Assembly (NCBI GenBank): GCA_031404355.1
Contig: JANNHK010000232.1
Location: 1-60,066, forward strand
Source of the DNA: Actinomycetes bacterium
GTDB lineage: Bacteria > Actinomycetota > Acidimicrobiia > IMCC26256 > PALSA-610
Length of the DNA: 60,066 nt
Direction of reading: 5' to 3'
Shown piece by piece: positions 47,279 through 56,631 of the stretch. The notes under the pieces are model-generated. The model was given only the letters and a program-made list of their open reading frames with translations. It did no database searches and had not been told where the DNA came from. A program made the position numbers and the translations under genes. Numbering within the stretch: the first letter of the stretch is position 1; each line of letters opens with the position of its first letter.

Positions 47279-47707
47279 TTAGAGCCGATCGAGGCGTACG
47301 GTCTGCGTGGGGTCGTACAGGCAGATCACGTCGGCGAAGTACCCGAGCGCCAGCGCGGCATCGAGCATGGCGAGACCCGATCCCGTCGTGGGCAGGTGCG
47401 ACGTGAGCACCACGTAGGGCGGGTGCTCGTCGAGATGACGGAGCAGGGCGCCGTTCGCGACTGCCTTCTTGAGCGTGTCGGTGCGGATGAGTCCAGGTCG
47501 CGCGCCCTGGATGCTGCCCTTGTACTCGAACCACACCGGCCGGCCCGAGGGGCCGAGGGCGACACGATCGATTTCGACGCCGACGTCGCGCACTACCAAC
47601 CGGTCGCGCAGCGCAAACCCGCGGCTCACCAGCAGCGCGTCGCACTGCTCGGCGAACTGACGACCCTGCTGGCTCCCGTAAGCCTGAAACGACGAGGTCG
47701 ACGTCAC
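47279..47707 (-). CDS. Small PD-(D/E)xK nuclease-fold protein
   Basis: GRQF...GF...GVEID...WFEYKG...RPGLIRTDTLKKA; GTGA overlap with the MTase stop. Confidence 0.7.
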   Translation of the reverse strand: MTSTSSFQAYGSQQGRQFAEQCDALLVSRGFALRDRLVVRDVGVEIDRVALGPSGRPVWFEYKGSIQGARPGLIRTDTLKKAVANGALLRHLDEHPPYVVLTSHLPTTGSGLAMLDAALALGYFADVICLYDPTQTVRLDRL

Positions 47708-49122
47708 GGCCGGCGGCCCTTGCGCGCGTAGTCGCGCAGCCGCCGTAGGTCGTCGTCGTTCTTCATCTCGATGACGTCGGTGATCACGTTCGGCTGCACG
47801 GTCTTCAGCGCTTCGTCACCCGCACTGCCGGGCGCCGGAACGTCGGTCGTGATCAGCACCAGCGGCACGTCCGGGTACTTCTGCCGCAGCACCGTGGCCT
47901 TGCCGAGCGCCTTCCATAGCGTGTCGGTGCGCTTCAGCCCGGGGCGCGTGCTCGTGAACGCGCCGGAGACGTCGAAGTACCAGCGCTCGCCCTTCGCGTC
48001 GTACGCGTAGAAGTTGACTTCGACGCCGCCGGGCAGCTTCTTGTCCTCCTCGATGCCCGTGAACCCGCAACGGGTGATGAGCTCGCGGGCGACTTCTTTC
48101 GCGGCTTTGCCCTGCGCCACCGCACGCGAGAACGGATTGTCGTCGGCGAACTCGGCCAACGTCGGAAGCGGAACGTTCAACGGGAGCTGACGGTCGAGCG
48201 GCTGCATCTCGGACCGTGCCTGCTCGACGCGGTCGAGTGCGCGGCGCACGTACTCGGGGTCGGTGTCGTAACCGACGAAGTGCCGCCCGGTGCGCACGGC
48301 CGCGACCGCAGTCGTGCCCGAACCCATGAACGGGTCGAGGATCAGGTCGTCGTAGTACGTGTACAACTCGATCAGGCGCCACGGCAGGTCGACGGGAAAC
48401 GGGGCGGGATGGCCGACCCGCTTGGCGCTCTCGGACGCCATCTCCCACACATCGGTGGTGGCGTCCATGAACTCCTCGCGCGTGAGCGACGCGCGCCATG
48501 GCAGCCCACGCTTCTGGCGCTGCGCCGGTGTGAGCGCGCGGTCGAAGCGGCCCTTGCTCGCGATGATCACGCGCTCGGTCATGTCGCGCAGCACCGGGTT
48601 CGCCGGTTTCTGGAACGAACCCCACGCGCACGACCCCGTGGAGCCGCGCGCCTTCTGCCAGATCACTTCGCCGCGCAGCAACAGCTTCAACTCGTCCTGG
48701 AGGATCGTGATGACGTCGGACGAAAGCGACCGGTACGGCTTGCGGCCGAGATTGGCGACGTTGACCGCGATGCGGCCGCCCGGTTCGAGGGTGCGCACGC
48801 ATTCTTCGAACACTTCGCGCAACATCGTGAGGAACTCGACGTAGGTCGCGGGGATCTCACCCTGCCCGAGCGCTTCCTCGTAGGCCTTGCCTGCGAAGTA
48901 CGGCGGCGATGTCACGACGAGCGCGACCGAATTGTCGGGCACCTCCGACATGTCGGTCGCGCTTCGCGCAAAAATGTCGTCGATGTCCTTCTTGTCGGCG
49001 ACGTCGTCGGACTTCGCGACCTCGGGGGTCACGAAGCGCGCGTAGAAGGCACTCGCGTCGTGGCTCTCGCGACGCGAGACGCCGAAATTGGATGTCGCTG
49101 TCGGCCGCCGCGTCACCGCCAC
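47704..49122 (-). CDS. Beta-class N4-C/N6-A DNA methyltransferase with a C-terminal degenerate nuclease domain
   Basis: TSPPY precedes HPAPFP and DPFMGSGTT. C-terminal GVEVN...WYFDVSG...RPGLKRTDTLWKA. Confidence 0.88.
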   Translation of the reverse strand: MAVTRRPTATSNFGVSRRESHDASAFYARFVTPEVAKSDDVADKKDIDDIFARSATDMSEVPDNSVALVVTSPPYFAGKAYEEALGQGEIPATYVEFLTMLREVFEECVRTLEPGGRIAVNVANLGRKPYRSLSSDVITILQDELKLLLRGEVIWQKARGSTGSCAWGSFQKPANPVLRDMTERVIIASKGRFDRALTPAQRQKRGLPWRASLTREEFMDATTDVWEMASESAKRVGHPAPFPVDLPWRLIELYTYYDDLILDPFMGSGTTAVAAVRTGRHFVGYDTDPEYVRRALDRVEQARSEMQPLDRQLPLNVPLPTLAEFADDNPFSRAVAQGKAAKEVARELITRCGFTGIEEDKKLPGGVEVNFYAYDAKGERWYFDVSGAFTSTRPGLKRTDTLWKALGKATVLRQKYPDVPLVLITTDVPAPGSAGDEALKTVQPNVITDVIEMKNDDDLRRLRDYARKGRRP

Positions 49123-49170
49123 TCCTCTCGGGTGTGAGTGTACGAGGACGATGCGCCGCCTACGCGCCGA

Positions 49171-49722
49171 CTACTCGCCGACTGCGCACTCGGTTTCGAA
49201 CCACTCGTTGATGTTTTCGCTGGCCTCCTGGACCTCGGGTTCGCTCAGCGCCTCACCCAGTTCCGCCATATCTCCGAGATCACCGTCGGAATCGCCCAGC
49301 GCCTGCGCAAACTCGGCGTAGGCACCGTAGAAGGTTTCGAGGTCGTCACGGATGTCGTCGGGGGCGTCGTCGAGGAAACCTTCGAAGTTGCCCAGCGATT
49401 CCTCGATCTCTTCGTCGCCGGCTCCGCTCATGGCGAGCCCGGCCGCGGCACTTATGCCGAGGAAGGCTTGCAGCGCGTCGCCGCACTCGTCGTCCGAGAA
49501 GATCCCGGCGTCGTCGAGCGCGTCAATGCCTTCCTCGAGGTCGTCGACGTCTTCCTCGGTGATCTCGTCGTCGTCACCCGAGTCGTCGTCACCGGAGTCG
49601 TCGTCACCGCTGTCTTCCTCGACCGACGACGCGGACGCGTCGTCATCGTCGTCGTCGCCGCCACATCCACCGAGCACGAGCGCGCCGACTGCCAGCATCG
49701 CCAGAAAGCGAGAACCTCGCAT
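49171..49722 (-). CDS. Acidic lipoprotein
   Basis: Lipobox LGGC; DDDSG tandem repeats. Confidence 0.75.
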   Translation of the reverse strand: MRGSRFLAMLAVGALVLGGCGGDDDDDDASASSVEEDSGDDDSGDDDSGDDDEITEEDVDDLEEGIDALDDAGIFSDDECGDALQAFLGISAAAGLAMSGAGDEEIEESLGNFEGFLDDAPDDIRDDLETFYGAYAEFAQALGDSDGDLGDMAELGEALSEPEVQEASENINEWFETECAVGE

Positions 49723-49882
49723 ACACCCACCCCTCAAAGATCGTGAATCCCCGGTCGGGTCGCCCGGATCCTACGCACGGAACCCGACTCGGTGGCGGCA
49801 GGAAAGGGTGCGTTGGAAATGTGGGTACAACGGCCTAGGCTCCCCGCCTGGGTGGAGGGGACTGCGAAAGCAGGTGGTCGTG

Positions 49883-50566
49883 ATGGGGTTACGGAGGCGC
49901 AAGCGCGAGCAGATCGCCGCCGAAGTTCGAGCCGCCCTCGCCGAGTTCGCGGCGGCCGTCGAGATCCGGCTGCACGCCGAGGTCAGCCGCAACCGCCAGA
50001 CCCAGATAGCGCTGATCGACGCGGTGAAGACGCTCCGAGAGGACATCGTCAGCCGCGACGGCGACCTCGCACACGCGCTCGAGAACGTCACCAGGGTCAT
50101 CGACCGAACCGCCGACTCCATCGACGCCGACCGCGACGAACGGCGCGCGCTCGTCGAGGCGGTCGTCGCCCTGGCGCAGACGATGAGTGAGAAGGCGATA
50201 GGCGAGGTGCCGCCCCTTCCCGAACTCAAACGCGGTGACCGTGTGCTGGGCGGAACGATCTTCGGTTCGGCGACGATCGAACTCGTTCCCGACCTCGAAG
50301 AGATCGAACGCGAGAACGCGTACCGGCGCGTCGAACAGCCGGCGAGTACCAACCGCGGTGTCGAGGTGCAGTGCCGCTTCGGCACCGAGTGGGTCGAAGG
50401 ATACGAAGTGTTCGACGTGGTGCACGACGACGACATGATTCGCTACCGGGTGCGTCGACTCTCCGACGGATCGATTCCCGATTCCCTGTTCGCCATCAGC
50501 GACGTCCGCCCGAAGGGTGGAGACGGCGCGCGACGCGGCGAGCCATTCCGCTCAGAGTGGGCGTAG
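49883..50566 (+). CDS. Hypothetical coiled-coil protein with a C-terminal SH3/Tudor-like domain
   Basis: Helical N-terminus; VEVQCRF..WVEGYEV...YRVRRLSDGS. Confidence 0.6.
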   Translation: MGLRRRKREQIAAEVRAALAEFAAAVEIRLHAEVSRNRQTQIALIDAVKTLREDIVSRDGDLAHALENVTRVIDRTADSIDADRDERRALVEAVVALAQTMSEKAIGEVPPLPELKRGDRVLGGTIFGSATIELVPDLEEIERENAYRRVEQPASTNRGVEVQCRFGTEWVEGYEVFDVVHDDDMIRYRVRRLSDGSIPDSLFAISDVRPKGGDGARRGEPFRSEWA

Positions 50567-50567
50567 C

Positions 50568-51860
50568 GTGAGCGGCGATGCACCAGTCGTCGTGGTGTCG
50601 TGCGATTCGCACGTCGGGCCGAAGTTGCGCGACCAACTCCGCGATTACTGCCCGCAGCAGTACCGCGAGGAGTTCGACGCGTTCGTCGCGCGCGAGGAAG
50701 CGCGGGCGAAGCCGATGCTCGGATCGCGTCTCGTGCACCCGAACATTGACCGCCCCGGCCATTACGACCCCGACGCGCGCCTCGCCGACATGGACGCCGA
50801 CGGTGTCGCCGCCGAGCTCATGTGGCACTTCAGCCAGAACGGCGAGAACCTGCCGTGGATCGGCATCGGACTCGGCACGGTGCGGCGCGATCAGTTCGAA
50901 CTCGGCGCGGTCGCGTACGACATCTACAACCGGTGGCTCGCCGACTTCTGCGCGACCGACCCCGAACGGCTACTCGGTCTCGTCTACATCCCGACCTGGG
51001 ACATCGACGCGTCGATCAAGACCCTCGAATGGGCGCGCGAACGCGGGTTGCGCTGCGTGAACTTCTCCGCGCCGGGCCGGCCCGGGGTGAAGGAGTACAA
51101 CCACCTCGACTGGGATCCGTTCTGGAGCGCGTGCACCGACCTCGGGTTCGCGCTGTCGACACATTCGAGCGGCGGCCCGCTGTTCGACTTCTCCGGCGGC
51201 CCGGGCATGTTGCCGATCATCGCCTACGAGGGCGGCAGCTTCATGTCGCGGCGTTCGGTGTGGATCCTCACCTTCGGTGAAGTGTTCGAACGGCATCCCG
51301 ACCTCAAACTCGTGATCACCGAGCAGGTCGAAGGCTGGTACGTGCCGACGATGCGTGAGCTCGACTCGTTCGACACATCGAACAGCCGCAGCGGGCTGCC
51401 GATGCGCCCGAGTGAGTACGTGCGCCGCAACGTGTTCATCGGCGCGAGCTTCATCTCGCAGTGGCAGGCGCAGGACGCCGTCGCGGAGGACTACGTCGAC
51501 AACGTGCTGTGGGGTCGCGACTACCCGCACGTCGAAGGCGTGTTCCAGGCGACACGCGCCGCCGACGAGGAAACGATGACGAAGGTCGCGCTGCGCCACG
51601 TGTTCCACACCGTGCCGTCCGACGCGGCGGCGAAGATGCTCGGCGGCAACGGCCTCCGTGTGTTCGGCCTCGACGAGCCGTACCTGCGTGGCGTCGCCGA
51701 ACGGATCGGCGCGCCGACGCTCGCCGAACTCGCCGTCGCGCCGGCCGAACTGCCGCCCAACGACGGCTTGGGATTCGTCGGCCAATCGGGCCCGCGGCCG
51801 CTCGAACCCGAGCGGTTGGAGCACGCTGAACGCCGGAAGCAGCGCCTCGCCCGCGCGTGA
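50568..51860 (+). CDS. Amidohydrolase_2 family protein
   Basis: SCDSHV, YNRWLADFC, RHPDLK, WGRDYPHVEG. Confidence 0.88.
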   Translation: MSGDAPVVVVSCDSHVGPKLRDQLRDYCPQQYREEFDAFVAREEARAKPMLGSRLVHPNIDRPGHYDPDARLADMDADGVAAELMWHFSQNGENLPWIGIGLGTVRRDQFELGAVAYDIYNRWLADFCATDPERLLGLVYIPTWDIDASIKTLEWARERGLRCVNFSAPGRPGVKEYNHLDWDPFWSACTDLGFALSTHSSGGPLFDFSGGPGMLPIIAYEGGSFMSRRSVWILTFGEVFERHPDLKLVITEQVEGWYVPTMRELDSFDTSNSRSGLPMRPSEYVRRNVFIGASFISQWQAQDAVAEDYVDNVLWGRDYPHVEGVFQATRAADEETMTKVALRHVFHTVPSDAAAKMLGGNGLRVFGLDEPYLRGVAERIGAPTLAELAVAPAELPPNDGLGFVGQSGPRPLEPERLEHAERRKQRLARA

Positions 51861-51961
51861 TCGGGGCGGACGCGGCGGACGACGGACGGGGGTGGAGCGT
51901 CCGTGGAGGCGTGCGCCGACCTATCTCGGACACAGTCGACTTCTCGTCCTAGTCTGGTGAC

Positions 51962-52138
51962 ATGACGAAGCACGGCGACGCCGCTGCTCAGAGCCAACGC
52001 GACAAGAAGGACGACGCGAAAGCCCGGGCGTGGTCTCGCAAAGCCCGCGAGCGCGCCGAAGCCGGGCTTGCTCGCGACGACGCCGACTGGGGCAAGCGCA
52101 AGCTTGAGGAACTGAAGCGCGGGTCTGCCTCTCGGTGA
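51962..52138 (+). CDS. Small charged protein (58 aa), probably leaderless
   Basis: TAGTCT -10 six nt before ATG; MTKHGDAAAQSQRDKKDD...KRKLEELKRGSASR. Not in the ORF track. Confidence 0.5.
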   Translation: MTKHGDAAAQSQRDKKDDAKARAWSRKARERAEAGLARDDADWGKRKLEELKRGSASR

Positions 52139-52256
52139 TCTGGGTTGTCGAGTTCCAGGAGGCTTACGACGACTGGGAAGTCGACACCGACATCGATGAC
52201 GACGCGAACGTTCGACCCACCGACAGTCATCGTCCGCGCCTTTCGCGGGTGAGGGC

Positions 52257-52721
52257 CTAACCGCGTGCGGGCGACGTGTCGACGATGAGGATGCTTGCCG
52301 TGCAGTGATGCGCGACCTTGTTGGGGACGCTGCCGAGCACGAACCGTTTCTTGCCGGTCATCCCGCGGTTGCCGACGACGATGAGGTCGGCATTGGCCTC
52401 GCCTGCGACGCGAATCAGCGCGTCGGCCGCGTCTCCACCGACACAGTGCGTCTCGGCGCGGACGCCCTCCGCATCGGCGCGCTTGACGACGTCGTCGCAG
52501 ACGCGCTGCGCTTCCGCTTGGGCGGCGTCGTTCGTGTCGCGGAGGTCGATCGGCATCACGCCGCCCTCGGCACCCATCGCCAGGTGGGAGGCGGTCAGTA
52601 TTTTGTGCGCGTGGACGACGTGCAACGTCGCACCGCTGAATCGCGCCAACTCGACGGCCGCGTCGACGGCAACGTTGGCACCGCGCGAACCATCGGTCCC
52701 CACCACGATCTGTGTGTACAT
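52257..52721 (-). CDS. Universal stress protein
   Basis: IVVGTDGS, DLIVVGNRG, LGSVPNKV. Confidence 0.93.
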   Translation of the reverse strand: MYTQIVVGTDGSRGANVAVDAAVELARFSGATLHVVHAHKILTASHLAMGAEGGVMPIDLRDTNDAAQAEAQRVCDDVVKRADAEGVRAETHCVGGDAADALIRVAGEANADLIVVGNRGMTGKKRFVLGSVPNKVAHHCTASILIVDTSPARG

Positions 52722-52864
52722 GTCACCACTCCCCCGCAGTCGGCCTCGACGTTCGGACCGTACACGTCAGACGACGAGCTCGCCGCCGGCCGGGCCGCGA
52801 CTGCACGCCGCAGTTGCCGATTAGGGTCCATGGTGTCCCCGGCATAGCAACAAGGCGGACCGCG

Positions 52865-53983
52865 ATGCCCCCCAGCACCAGCCCGAAACCGCGGCGAAGC
52901 GGCGAGGGCGACATCCCGCCGGATCTCACCGCGCACGGGATCGAGCAATTCGAGGTCGACGGCGCCATCGACGGCGCGCGTGAGGCGAAGGTCAGTGCCG
53001 TGCGCGACGTACTCGCGAACGCGCAGCCCGAGGAAATGGCCGCGGTCGCGCGCTGGCTCGACGCTGTCATCGCGGGCACGTCACCCGACGACCTTGGCCC
53101 TTTGCGACGCGTGTTCCTCGACCAGGACGAGCCGGTCTACGGCGACATACCCATGAGCTCCGACGATGAACTCGTCGAGCACTGGCGCAGCGGCACGTAC
53201 CCATATCGCAACCTCATGGCGCGCAAGACCTATGAAGCACAGAAGTACCGCCTGCAGGTCGAATTGCTGAAACTCCAGGCCTGGGTGAGGGATTCCGGTC
53301 AGCGCGTCGTCGTGCTCTTCGAGGGCCGCGACGCGGCCGGCAAGGGCGGCACGATCAAGCGGTTCATGGAGCACCTCAACCCGCGCGGCGCACGCGTCGT
53401 CGCGCTCGAGAAACCGACACCGGTCGAGCAAGGACAGTGGTACTTCCAGCGCTACGTGCAGCACCTGCCCACGCGGGGCGAGATCGTGCTCTTCGACCGC
53501 TCGTGGTACAACCGCGCCGGGGTCGAGCGAGTCCTGGGCTTCTGCACCAAGGACGAACTCGACGAATTCCTGCGCCAGGCTCCCGAGTTCGAACGCAATC
53601 TCACCCGCAGCGGGGTGCACCTGATCAAGTTCTGGTTCTCCGTGAGCCGCGACGAACAACGGCGCCGCTTCAAGGAGCGCGAGAAGCACCCGCTCAAGCA
53701 ATGGAAGCTCTCGCCCGTCGACATCGCGTCGTTCGACAAGTGGGACGAGTACACGGAGGCGAAGAAGGCGATGTTCGTCCACACCGACGCGGTCGAAGCG
53801 CCGTGGACGGTCATCAAGTCGGACTGCAAGAAGCGGGCGCGCCTGAACGCAATCCGCTTCGTGCTCCACAAGCTGCCGTACACCGGCAAGGACGTTGCGA
53901 AGATCGGACCGCTCGACCCGCTGCTCGTCGGGCGCGCCTACGACGTGTACGAAACGGGCGAGAGAGACGTCACCGCGCGGTAG
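52865..53983 (+). CDS. ppk2: Polyphosphate kinase 2
   Basis: FEGRDAAGKGG, WYFQRY, FDRSWYNR, WKLSP; start ATG 52865. Confidence 0.93.
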   Translation: MPPSTSPKPRRSGEGDIPPDLTAHGIEQFEVDGAIDGAREAKVSAVRDVLANAQPEEMAAVARWLDAVIAGTSPDDLGPLRRVFLDQDEPVYGDIPMSSDDELVEHWRSGTYPYRNLMARKTYEAQKYRLQVELLKLQAWVRDSGQRVVVLFEGRDAAGKGGTIKRFMEHLNPRGARVVALEKPTPVEQGQWYFQRYVQHLPTRGEIVLFDRSWYNRAGVERVLGFCTKDELDEFLRQAPEFERNLTRSGVHLIKFWFSVSRDEQRRRFKEREKHPLKQWKLSPVDIASFDKWDEYTEAKKAMFVHTDAVEAPWTVIKSDCKKRARLNAIRFVLHKLPYTGKDVAKIGPLDPLLVGRAYDVYETGERDVTAR

Positions 53984-54057
53984 CCGTAGGCCACGTCCCG
54001 ACCGGCTGGTGCGTCGTCGGTCCGCGAGCGCACAGGCGGATCGAGCCACGCCGGGTC

Positions 54058-54088
54058 ATACAAGGCGACTACACCAAACACCTTGTAT
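54058..54088. promoter_or_regulatory. Inverted repeat over the TA promoter (candidate autorepression operator)
   Basis: ATACAAGG-N15-CCTTGTAT overlapping the TATCCT -10. Confidence 0.55.
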
Positions 54089-54098
54089 CCTTGTCGTC

Positions 54099-54341
54099 AT
54101 GACCTCTTCGGGCGATATCCGAGTCTCTTCACGAGGACAGATGAGCCTGCCTGCCGCTGCTCGGCGCCGCTGGCGGCTCGGTCGGGGCGGTGAGGTGGCT
54201 TACCTCGACCTCGGCGACGCGGTGATCATCGTGCCGGGTGGCGTGAAGCGTCTGAGACAGCAACTGCTCGAGGGCGTCACGACCGACGAATGGCGACAGG
54301 CCGTCGAGGGCTTCGGCGATCCCGATCTCGCAAACGAATGA
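54099..54341 (+). CDS. AbrB/MazE-type antitoxin
   Basis: RVSSRGQMSLPAAARRRW swapped-hairpin motif. Confidence 0.75.
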   Translation: MTSSGDIRVSSRGQMSLPAAARRRWRLGRGGEVAYLDLGDAVIIVPGGVKRLRQQLLEGVTTDEWRQAVEGFGDPDLANE

Positions 54342-54417
54342 GCAGGCCGGCGCAGACCGGCGGAGCGGACGTTCCCCAACGATGCACCCATGATCGGGCC
54401 ACAGAGGTCGAACTCGG

Positions 54418-54843
54418 GTGAGTGTCGCGCTCGTCGACGATCAGGTGCTTGGCGCGGTGTTGCGGGGCAGCACCCCGAGAGCGTTACGCCGCTTCGACAT
54501 CGCGACAACTGGCTACTGGTATGTCCGGCTGTGCCAAGCCGTGCTGGGAACCACCGACCGACCTGGCGTGCTGTCGGGACCGTTCGCCGAACTTCCCGTC
54601 GGTCTCCGTGAGCGGGCGGTCGCCGCGGTCCTAGAGCTCCCCGAGAACATCGCGCTCATCAGCCTCCGCGAACTCGCTCCCGACATCGGTCGGCTACGGC
54701 GTCGGCACTCACTCAACATCCTCGCGACGGAGGCTCTGGCGGCCGCGATCCGCCTCAATGCCGAGGTCATCCTTTCGGCGCCGTCACCACTTCTTCAGAG
54801 CGCACTCGAGGGCGAGCAACGGAGCTACCGCCTGCTGCAGTGA
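54418..54843 (+). CDS. PIN-like (VapC-like) toxin, divergent
   Basis: ALVDD N-terminus, LNILATEALAAA; follows the antitoxin. Confidence 0.55.
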   Translation: MSVALVDDQVLGAVLRGSTPRALRRFDIATTGYWYVRLCQAVLGTTDRPGVLSGPFAELPVGLRERAVAAVLELPENIALISLRELAPDIGRLRRRHSLNILATEALAAAIRLNAEVILSAPSPLLQSALEGEQRSYRLLQ

Positions 54844-55012
54844 GCGCGGCACACCGCAGGCTCACTGCTCGAGCCGGGGTTCCGCCGCGTCGAAGCGGAT
54901 CTGCTCGATGTCGAACGGCTCACTCGCACCCGAGTCGCCGATCCCGAAGAATGCTTCGAGCGCATCGCAAGCGCCGCAGTCGTCGGCCGGAAGTCGCGCC
55001 GCCTGCACAGTG

Positions 55013-55054
55013 GTGGAGACGATGGGACTCGAACCCACGACCCCCTGCTTGCAA
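55013..55054 (-). repeat. att direct repeat: duplicated 3' half of tRNA-Ala
   Basis: 42 bp GTGGAGACGATGGGACTCGAACCCACGACCCCCTGCTTGCAA, identical to 58133-58174. Confidence 0.92.
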
Positions 55055-55214
55055 GTCCGAAAACTCACGTCCGTCGTTTAGCGCCGCGTCCCGCGCATGC
55101 CATCTGATCAGGGCCTTCGCGCATCCACGCGAACCGACGACACTCGGCGACAGCCGGAAACACGCGACGGATTGATACATTTCTGATACACGCGCGCCGT
55201 TGGGAACGCTCTCG

Positions 55215-55589
55215 TCACGAGTTGGCGAACGGCAGCCGCCGCACCCGAATCGTGCCCCGCGCGAACGACGCGACCGCGCCGGCGTGGAGGTCGTCCGCGA
55301 GCGCGTCGAGGTTCGCCCCCAGCAACGCGGCGTGCTCGTCGGGTGTCATCTCATTGACGTGACGTAGGAGCACAAACGACGGCTTCGCGCGATCGAGGCG
55401 GGCGAGGATCGCGGCGAAATCAGTATCGGCAGAGACGATGACGTAGCCGTGTTCAAGCGCATACTCGACGATGCTCTCGTCGGTCGCCTGCGCCAAATCC
55501 ACGTCGTATACGTGGATCGCGTCATGTCCGGCCTCGCACAATCGAGCCGCAACCCGCGGAGCGAGGTTGGCGTCGACCAGAAGCCTCAC
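55215..55589 (-). CDS. DUF5615 PIN-like toxin
   Basis: LLVDANL, TDESI, SADTDF. Confidence 0.85.
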   Translation of the reverse strand: MRLLVDANLAPRVAARLCEAGHDAIHVYDVDLAQATDESIVEYALEHGYVIVSADTDFAAILARLDRAKPSFVLLRHVNEMTPDEHAALLGANLDALADDLHAGAVASFARGTIRVRRLPFANS

Positions 55590-55816
55590 GCGGGCTTCGT
55601 CAGCGGGAGCTCGCCCTCGCGTACGGCTGCCGCGCCGTACTCGAGCGCGGCGAAGACGTCGTCACGCTCGAGGTATGGGTAGTCCTCGAGGACCTGGTCG
55701 ACCGTGCGCCCGGCCGCGAGCTGACCCAGCACCGCACTCACCGTCACCCGCAGGTCGCGGATGCACGGAAGGCCGCCCATCTTGTTCGGATCAACGGTGA
55801 TGCGTTCGAACGCCAC
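55586..55816 (-). CDS. DUF433 antitoxin
   Basis: RITVDPNKMGGLPCIRDLR...YPYL..DDV.AAL.Y; start GTG 55816. Confidence 0.88.
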   Translation of the reverse strand: MAFERITVDPNKMGGLPCIRDLRVTVSAVLGQLAAGRTVDQVLEDYPYLERDDVFAALEYGAAAVREGELPLTKPA

Positions 55817-55907
55817 GACCCCAGGATACGCCTCCGGATCGTTCGCATCGGCCGAATCACGCACAGCTGCCATCGCACGAAGATGGGCCAGGCGCGAGAC
55901 TCATTAC

Positions 55908-56570
55908 GTGGGCGCCGTCGATCCTGCCCAGCTGAATCTCGACGTATACGACACGAAGCAGGGCGTGTGGAACCCTGACCATGGTGAGCTCGAGCTTCCG
56001 AACGGATGGGTGTTCTTGGCCACGGGCGACACCTACGTCACGCGCCACGTCAAGGCGGCCGGTGTCTATTGGACGGTGTGGCGACCGCGTAGCAAAGACC
56101 GCGCCCATCGCCGCAAGCTCGGGTTGTTCGCACCGGCCGCAGCCATCGAGGCGGCCCAGAGGGAGAAACTCGATACTGCGGAGCGTCGCGCCAAGCAACG
56201 GATCGCAGGAGCGCGTCAACGCGACCGGGCCGAAGACAAGTATCGGGCCGAGTTCGAGGCCGCCGTTCGCCGGTGGCTGGCCTTCGCCGCCGAGCATGCC
56301 GCGCTTGCCGATGAGATCGCCGCCGGCGCAGCGGAGCGCGCCGCGGTGGTGGGCAGCCGGCGCGTCGGTCGGACCAAGACGCTGACACTCGAGGAGCGCG
56401 CCGCGTTGGCCGCCCGCGCTTTCATCCGACACCGCTACACCCAATACGAGAACCACCTCGTCGAGATCGACACAGTCGGGTCCGAGGTCGACAGTTTCGA
56501 GTACCGAGACATCAAACAAGAGGCCCACAGTGCAGTCGACGCGTTTCTGGACGCCCACCGCCAACATTGA
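55908..56570 (+). CDS. DUF2293-like hypothetical protein
   Basis: VGSRRVGRT...AFIRHRYTQYE motif. Confidence 0.65.
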   Translation: MGAVDPAQLNLDVYDTKQGVWNPDHGELELPNGWVFLATGDTYVTRHVKAAGVYWTVWRPRSKDRAHRRKLGLFAPAAAIEAAQREKLDTAERRAKQRIAGARQRDRAEDKYRAEFEAAVRRWLAFAAEHAALADEIAAGAAERAAVVGSRRVGRTKTLTLEERAALAARAFIRHRYTQYENHLVEIDTVGSEVDSFEYRDIKQEAHSAVDAFLDAHRQH

Positions 56571-56631
56571 GCCCGCGACGGCACGCTCCAGAACGGCAGT
56601 CATGGCGTTCGTGGCCGCCGGGCAGTGAGCG

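Noticed and set aside
49830-49880. Hairpins with a GAAA tetraloop upstream of 49883 as a riboswitch
   Set aside because: Short stems that match no riboswitch consensus I recognise.
55013-55054. Second tRNA-Ala gene
   Set aside because: Only the 3' half is present; it is an att duplication.
54862-55068. ORF crossing the att repeat
   Set aside because: It reads through tRNA-derived sequence and is probably spurious or a remnant.
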